The notes under the pieces were generated by a model. It worked only from the letters and a program-made list of their open reading frames with translations. It was not told where the DNA came from and searched no databases. From Mustelus asterias (lineage: Eukaryota): a stretch of DNA of 64,000 nucleotides. Positions 59,497-64,000 of the stretch are shown here, piece after piece. Position 1 is the stretch's first letter, and the number at the start of each line of letters is the position of its first letter. Position numbers and translations under genes: made by a program. The stretch covers positions 19,468,001-19,532,000 of the forward strand of contig NC_135812.1 in assembly GCF_964213995.1 (NCBI RefSeq). Reading direction: 5' to 3'.

Positions 59497-59665
59497 ATGG
59501 GTTGGCTATGAATATCCAGGCTACAGAGGATATCAATATGTGCTAGAGTGTGGATCATACAAGCACTGGAATGAATGGGGTGCTCAACAGCCTTTGATTC
59601 AATCCATGCGCCGTGTGAAGGACCAGCAATGGTACAAGAGGGGATGTTTTGAGTTTACAAACTAA
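59497..59665 (+). CDS. CRYBB1: betaB1-like crystallin, exon 6 (Greek key 4 plus C-terminal arm)
   Basis: [55 protein letters not shown]. The C-terminal extension is typical of basic beta-crystallins. Confidence 0.95.
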
Positions 59666-60126
59666 AAGAAATCATGCTTTTAGACAGCCAAGGGAATAAT
59701 TTTATTGTTTTCATATCAGGCCCACAGAAATTAAGAATCACCCTTCTAGTAGGAAGTACTGTTATATATTATTCCACATTTTTAAATTATCATGTCATTT
59801 TAAACTCATTATTCTCTTATGCTGACAACAGATTTCAATTATTCCTGCGTCATTAAAAACTAATGACATCTCGTTTTAGTCCAGCGTATGTTTCTCAGCT
59901 CTCTGTCTTCAGAGGGCATTATTAATATTTTTTTTGTGGCCCTGAATATGATTTTGGGAAAACGGGGAATGGATGACCTCCTGCAGTGTGGAAGACTCTC
60001 CGCTGTGTCTTACTCAGGGATGCAGACATCTTTAGCAAACCTCACATGCACACCACGGATTCAGTTTTTGTCTCTTTTTCATTTCCATTCATTTCAATAT
60101 TTGTAACTCATGTCATTCCTTTTACC

Positions 60127-60132
60127 AATAAA
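60127..60132 (+). terminator. Candidate polyadenylation signal of the betaB1-like gene (alternative ATTAAA at 59852-59857)
   Basis: AATAAA about 460 nt after the stop codon. Confidence 0.5.
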
Positions 60133-63100
60133 AGTAATCTCTGCTGTCTTACAGAGATAATAAAATTGCAACTTCAACTAGCTGGCCGCAGTTTATTTTT
60201 TATTTTACCACATTACATGTCGCCATTCAGGAATCTTGATGGAGCTATTTGTAAGTCGTCAATCTGCAGCAACTTCAATTTCAACATGTTTATTTTAAAA
60301 CAAAACATTTACATTTCGTTACTTGTAAGTTCTTACCAACCAATCTGAGGAAACATCGGTGTAGTATTTGGGCTTTATAGCCTGCATGTTAAGCATCACT
60401 TTTTAAAAGTTTATTTATTAGTGTCACAAGCAGGCTTACATTAACACTGCAATTAAGTCACTGTGAAAATCCTCGCCACACTCTGGTGCCTGTTCGGATA
60501 CACTGAGGGAGAATTTAGCATGGCCAATACAGCTAACGTGGACATCTTTGGACTGTGGGAGAAAACCGGAGCATCCAGAGGAAACCCACGCAGACACGGG
60601 GAGAATGTGCAGACCCCACACAGATAATGACCCAAGCCGGAAATCGAACCCGGGTCCCTGGCGTTGTGAGGCAGCAGTGCTAACCACTGTGCCACCGTGC
60701 CACCCCAAACTTGGAGAAGTGCAAGAAGGAAGATCATTCACAGGTTCATAAAACTTGCAACATTTTCCTTCCATTCAATGCAAGTAGAAGGAAAATCAGG
60801 ACTGTTCTGTTGCCTGACTGAGGTCCAACGCATCGGTACAATTTTGATGTACACACTTCAAAGCAGTTCCAAATCAACTCATCTAATTAACTCTCTGATG
60901 AACATAATGTGGGCAATCAGCACCTTCTCACTGTAAAAATTGGATATATGAAGAATTATAGGATTCAGAAAGGAAGTTTCCTCTCATGGTCTTCAGGGGA
61001 AAGCATAACTAGGTGTCACCAGTACAAGATAGGACCAAAAAATCCAAAAGGGAATTCAGAAGGAATTCCAAAGAGTGGGCTGAATGTGGAACTCATTACC
61101 ACAGGGAGTGGTTGAAATGAGTAACATAAATGAAAGGGAAGCTACACAAACATATGAGGCAGAAGGAAAGAGGTTTATGATGGGAAATTTAGATGAAGAA
61201 AGTTGAGAGAAGGCTCAGGTGCAGCCTGGCCTGTTTCTGTGTCATATATCCTATGTAATCCTTATTACAATGCGGCAACAAATAGGGTAGCAAGGAAGTG
61301 GAAATAAGGAAAACAATCAACAACTTGGATGATTCCCAAAAGCATGGCTTAACACATTAGATCAAAAAGGGACTTTCCTAATAGGTTGGCAATTATATAA
61401 TTAATATAACCATTCACGTAGCTAAGATGTGAATAGTGCATTTCGGGTCCTTTACTGAGTTCCATATGTTCTTGATATCTGAAATATGAAACAATTATCT
61501 GTTGTCAAACATACAGCTTAGCTCTGTGAATAACCTCGGAGTACAGAAGCCCAAAAGTTCTCATGAACTTAAGCTTTCAAAAACATGAAGTGATTTCTAG
61601 TACGTGAGAATATGTAATACGTTTACAGATATGTAATTCCATTAGTGATCACTCTGCTATTTTCTCCCCAGAGGGACAAAGAAACCTTGTCATAGCCAAT
61701 TTTGCTTTCAAGTCACTGTCAAGGAACTCATAGCTGGAAGCATTACAGTGCTCTACTCCTTGCACAATTGTCCCAGGAAGGTTTTGATTGAAACTGTTAA
61801 CAACGAAATAAGATGCAAATTAAAGTAATTTCTAAATACATACTGATTATGCACTAATTAACATATTTCAATCAAAAGCAGGGCTGATTGAAATAGGGAA
61901 AGTAAAGACTTGTATCTGCAGGTGTAACCTTGAATCTGAGGAGCCAATGTTGACATTTCCATCTCGGGATGAAAGGAAGATTAGCATTTCAATAGCAAGT
62001 TTCACAACGTTGGAATGTAGCAAAGCACTTCATAACCAATGAATTGTTTTTTTTAGGTATAATCTTTTTTCAAAATTCATGAAATTTGTAAAAGTACATT
62101 GTCAAATTTGAACAGTTATGTAAAGTGCAATACAATTTCTTTCAGTACTGTACATGGAATTCTGAGCTGCCTCACTACACCTGCAGATACGAGTCTTTAC
62201 TTTCCCTTTTTAATCAGCCCTACTTTTGAGTGAAATATGTTCATTCGTACATAATTAGTATGTATTTAGAAATTACTTTAATTTGTATTTTATTCTTCAT
62301 TAACAGCAATATAGGTTATAGTTACAATATAGATTTCATGTCAAACATTCTCTGGTGCATGCAGCCCACAGAGCTTTACACAGATTCCAATTCCTCCCCA
62401 ATACAGGAGGGTCTTAAAGTGTGGGTTTTTCCCCACTGAACCTTTGTGGCCATTGCTCCAAGCTTTAGTGCATCCCTCTGTATGTAGTTCTGGACCTTGG
62501 GATGTATTAACAGTTGGTCGTGGACAGCTCTTTGCCCTGGTTTTGGGCAGACCACAGAACTGCTTTTACCATGTTGTTGGTCCTCCAGCAACAGTTGAAG
62601 TTTGCCTTGTGCATCCCTAGGAAGCAGCAATATGGAGACAGGGTGGCACAATGGTTAGCACTGCTGCCTCACAGCGCCAGGGATCTGGGTTCCATTCCCG
62701 GCTTGGGTCATTGACTGTGCGGAGTCTGCACATTCTCCCCATGTCTGTGTGGGTTTCCTCTGGGTGCTCTGGTTTCCTCCCACAATCCAAACGACATGTT
62801 GGTTAGGTGCATTGGCCATGCTAAATTCTCCCTCGGTGTACCCGAACAGGCACCCGAGTGTGGCGACTCGGGGATTTTCACAGTAACATTACAGTGTTAA
62901 TGTAAGCCGACTTGTGACACTAATAAATAAGCATAGAGCATGGTGCAATCGGGGATATGTGAAATGTGAAATGTGGTGGTCAATTAACGCTCCACAAAAA
63001 GCAATGAGATTAATCAGCAGAATATCTCTTTTAGTAATGCTGGTTAAGTCTCTGCTGGTACCCACAAACTTCGAGAGTGTGACCACTAAGCCAAGGTTCA

Positions 63101-64000
63101 TACCTTAGAGAGCCCATTTGAAATGGCATTGCAGAATACAACCAAGCTCGCTAAAGATATAAAATACAAAACCACTCCAGGAAGCTCTTCTGCACATTAT
63201 GTACTTGCAGCATAAATCCTTGCTTTCTGATATCTTTTTAAATCTCTATCCTTCTTGCAAAACGTACCTCATATTTATTTACACTTGATACAGTTCCATC
63301 AGTGCAACCCAGGTGTCCAGAACATTAGGTGATTTCTGGATTTATAGTCTAGTGATAATACCACTTGGCCATCGCCTCCCCGGTTTTAAATAACTAAATG
63401 AGACATTTCATGATATTTTCTTACAAACTGACCTAGCAATTATTCATTTCCTCAAATTAACTAATATGGAGGCAGTCAACATAATGAAAACAGAACATTG
63501 ACTACCTAAAGAATTGAATTATTTATCTTATGCTAGAATTGAGGTAATCTAAGTCTGCTGTTACACTATCACTTTCTGCAACACAAAGGCTGAAGATGGC
63601 GAAGGAAGTGTTAAACTATGACTGACAATTTTAGAGAAGGGAACAGAAATATTAAAAAAAAACTAGAAGGTTGTGTTCACCTAACTCACTCTGACAGGAT
63701 GGAGATGATTCTAAACAACATTGTCTGGGTGAATACTTAGGGCTGGATTTTCATCATGGGAGTCAGGAATTTTCCCAACCCCACAATCCTCTCGCCATTC
63801 TGGAAGCGTCACTTGCCCTAGTGTTCACCCTATCATCATGTCAGGGAGGCAGGCATGGGGAGGAAATGTTATTCATATCCACGCTGGTTGGTGGAGTTAA
63901 AACAAAAACTCAACTGCTTCCTCTGTGGGCTCAAGTTCATTAACTTAGTTCATGAGCAGCTCTCACCCATCCACAAGTGTCCCAGCTATCTTCATTTATA

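Overview
Eukaryotic, repeat-rich genomic DNA, almost certainly from a cartilaginous fish (shark); this is inferred from HE1/V-SINE, Deu-type SINE, CR1 and Penelope families. Four spliced protein-coding genes were reconstructed by hand with GT-AG boundaries and consistent phases. (1) The 5' part of a TMIGD1-like gene (- strand; signal-peptide exon 8649-8727, Ig exon 3938-4216). (2) A 4-exon, 255-aa class I SAM-dependent methyltransferase-like gene (+ strand; 15524-15823, 19706-19810, 23098-23167, 23702-23994). The ORF track shows only its first and last exons, as unlinked fragments. It resembles an uncharacterised family I know mainly from fungi, oomycetes, algae and bacteria. (3) A complete betaA1-like crystallin (- strand, 194 aa, 24543-28910), lying tail-to-tail with the methyltransferase. 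(4) A complete betaB1-like crystallin (+ strand, 209 aa, 39935-59665), lying head-to-head with the betaA gene. Mobile DNA includes a young Penelope-like element with 743-bp inverted arms, a 13-bp TSD and hammerhead motifs inside a crystallin intron. There are also short hammerhead-bearing repeats, a solo LTR, an ancient pol-less LTR element, a hAT MITE, Harbinger-type remnants and many SINE/LINE fragments. Family names come from motif recognition only, with no database search. Repeat boundaries are approximate unless a TSD is quoted.
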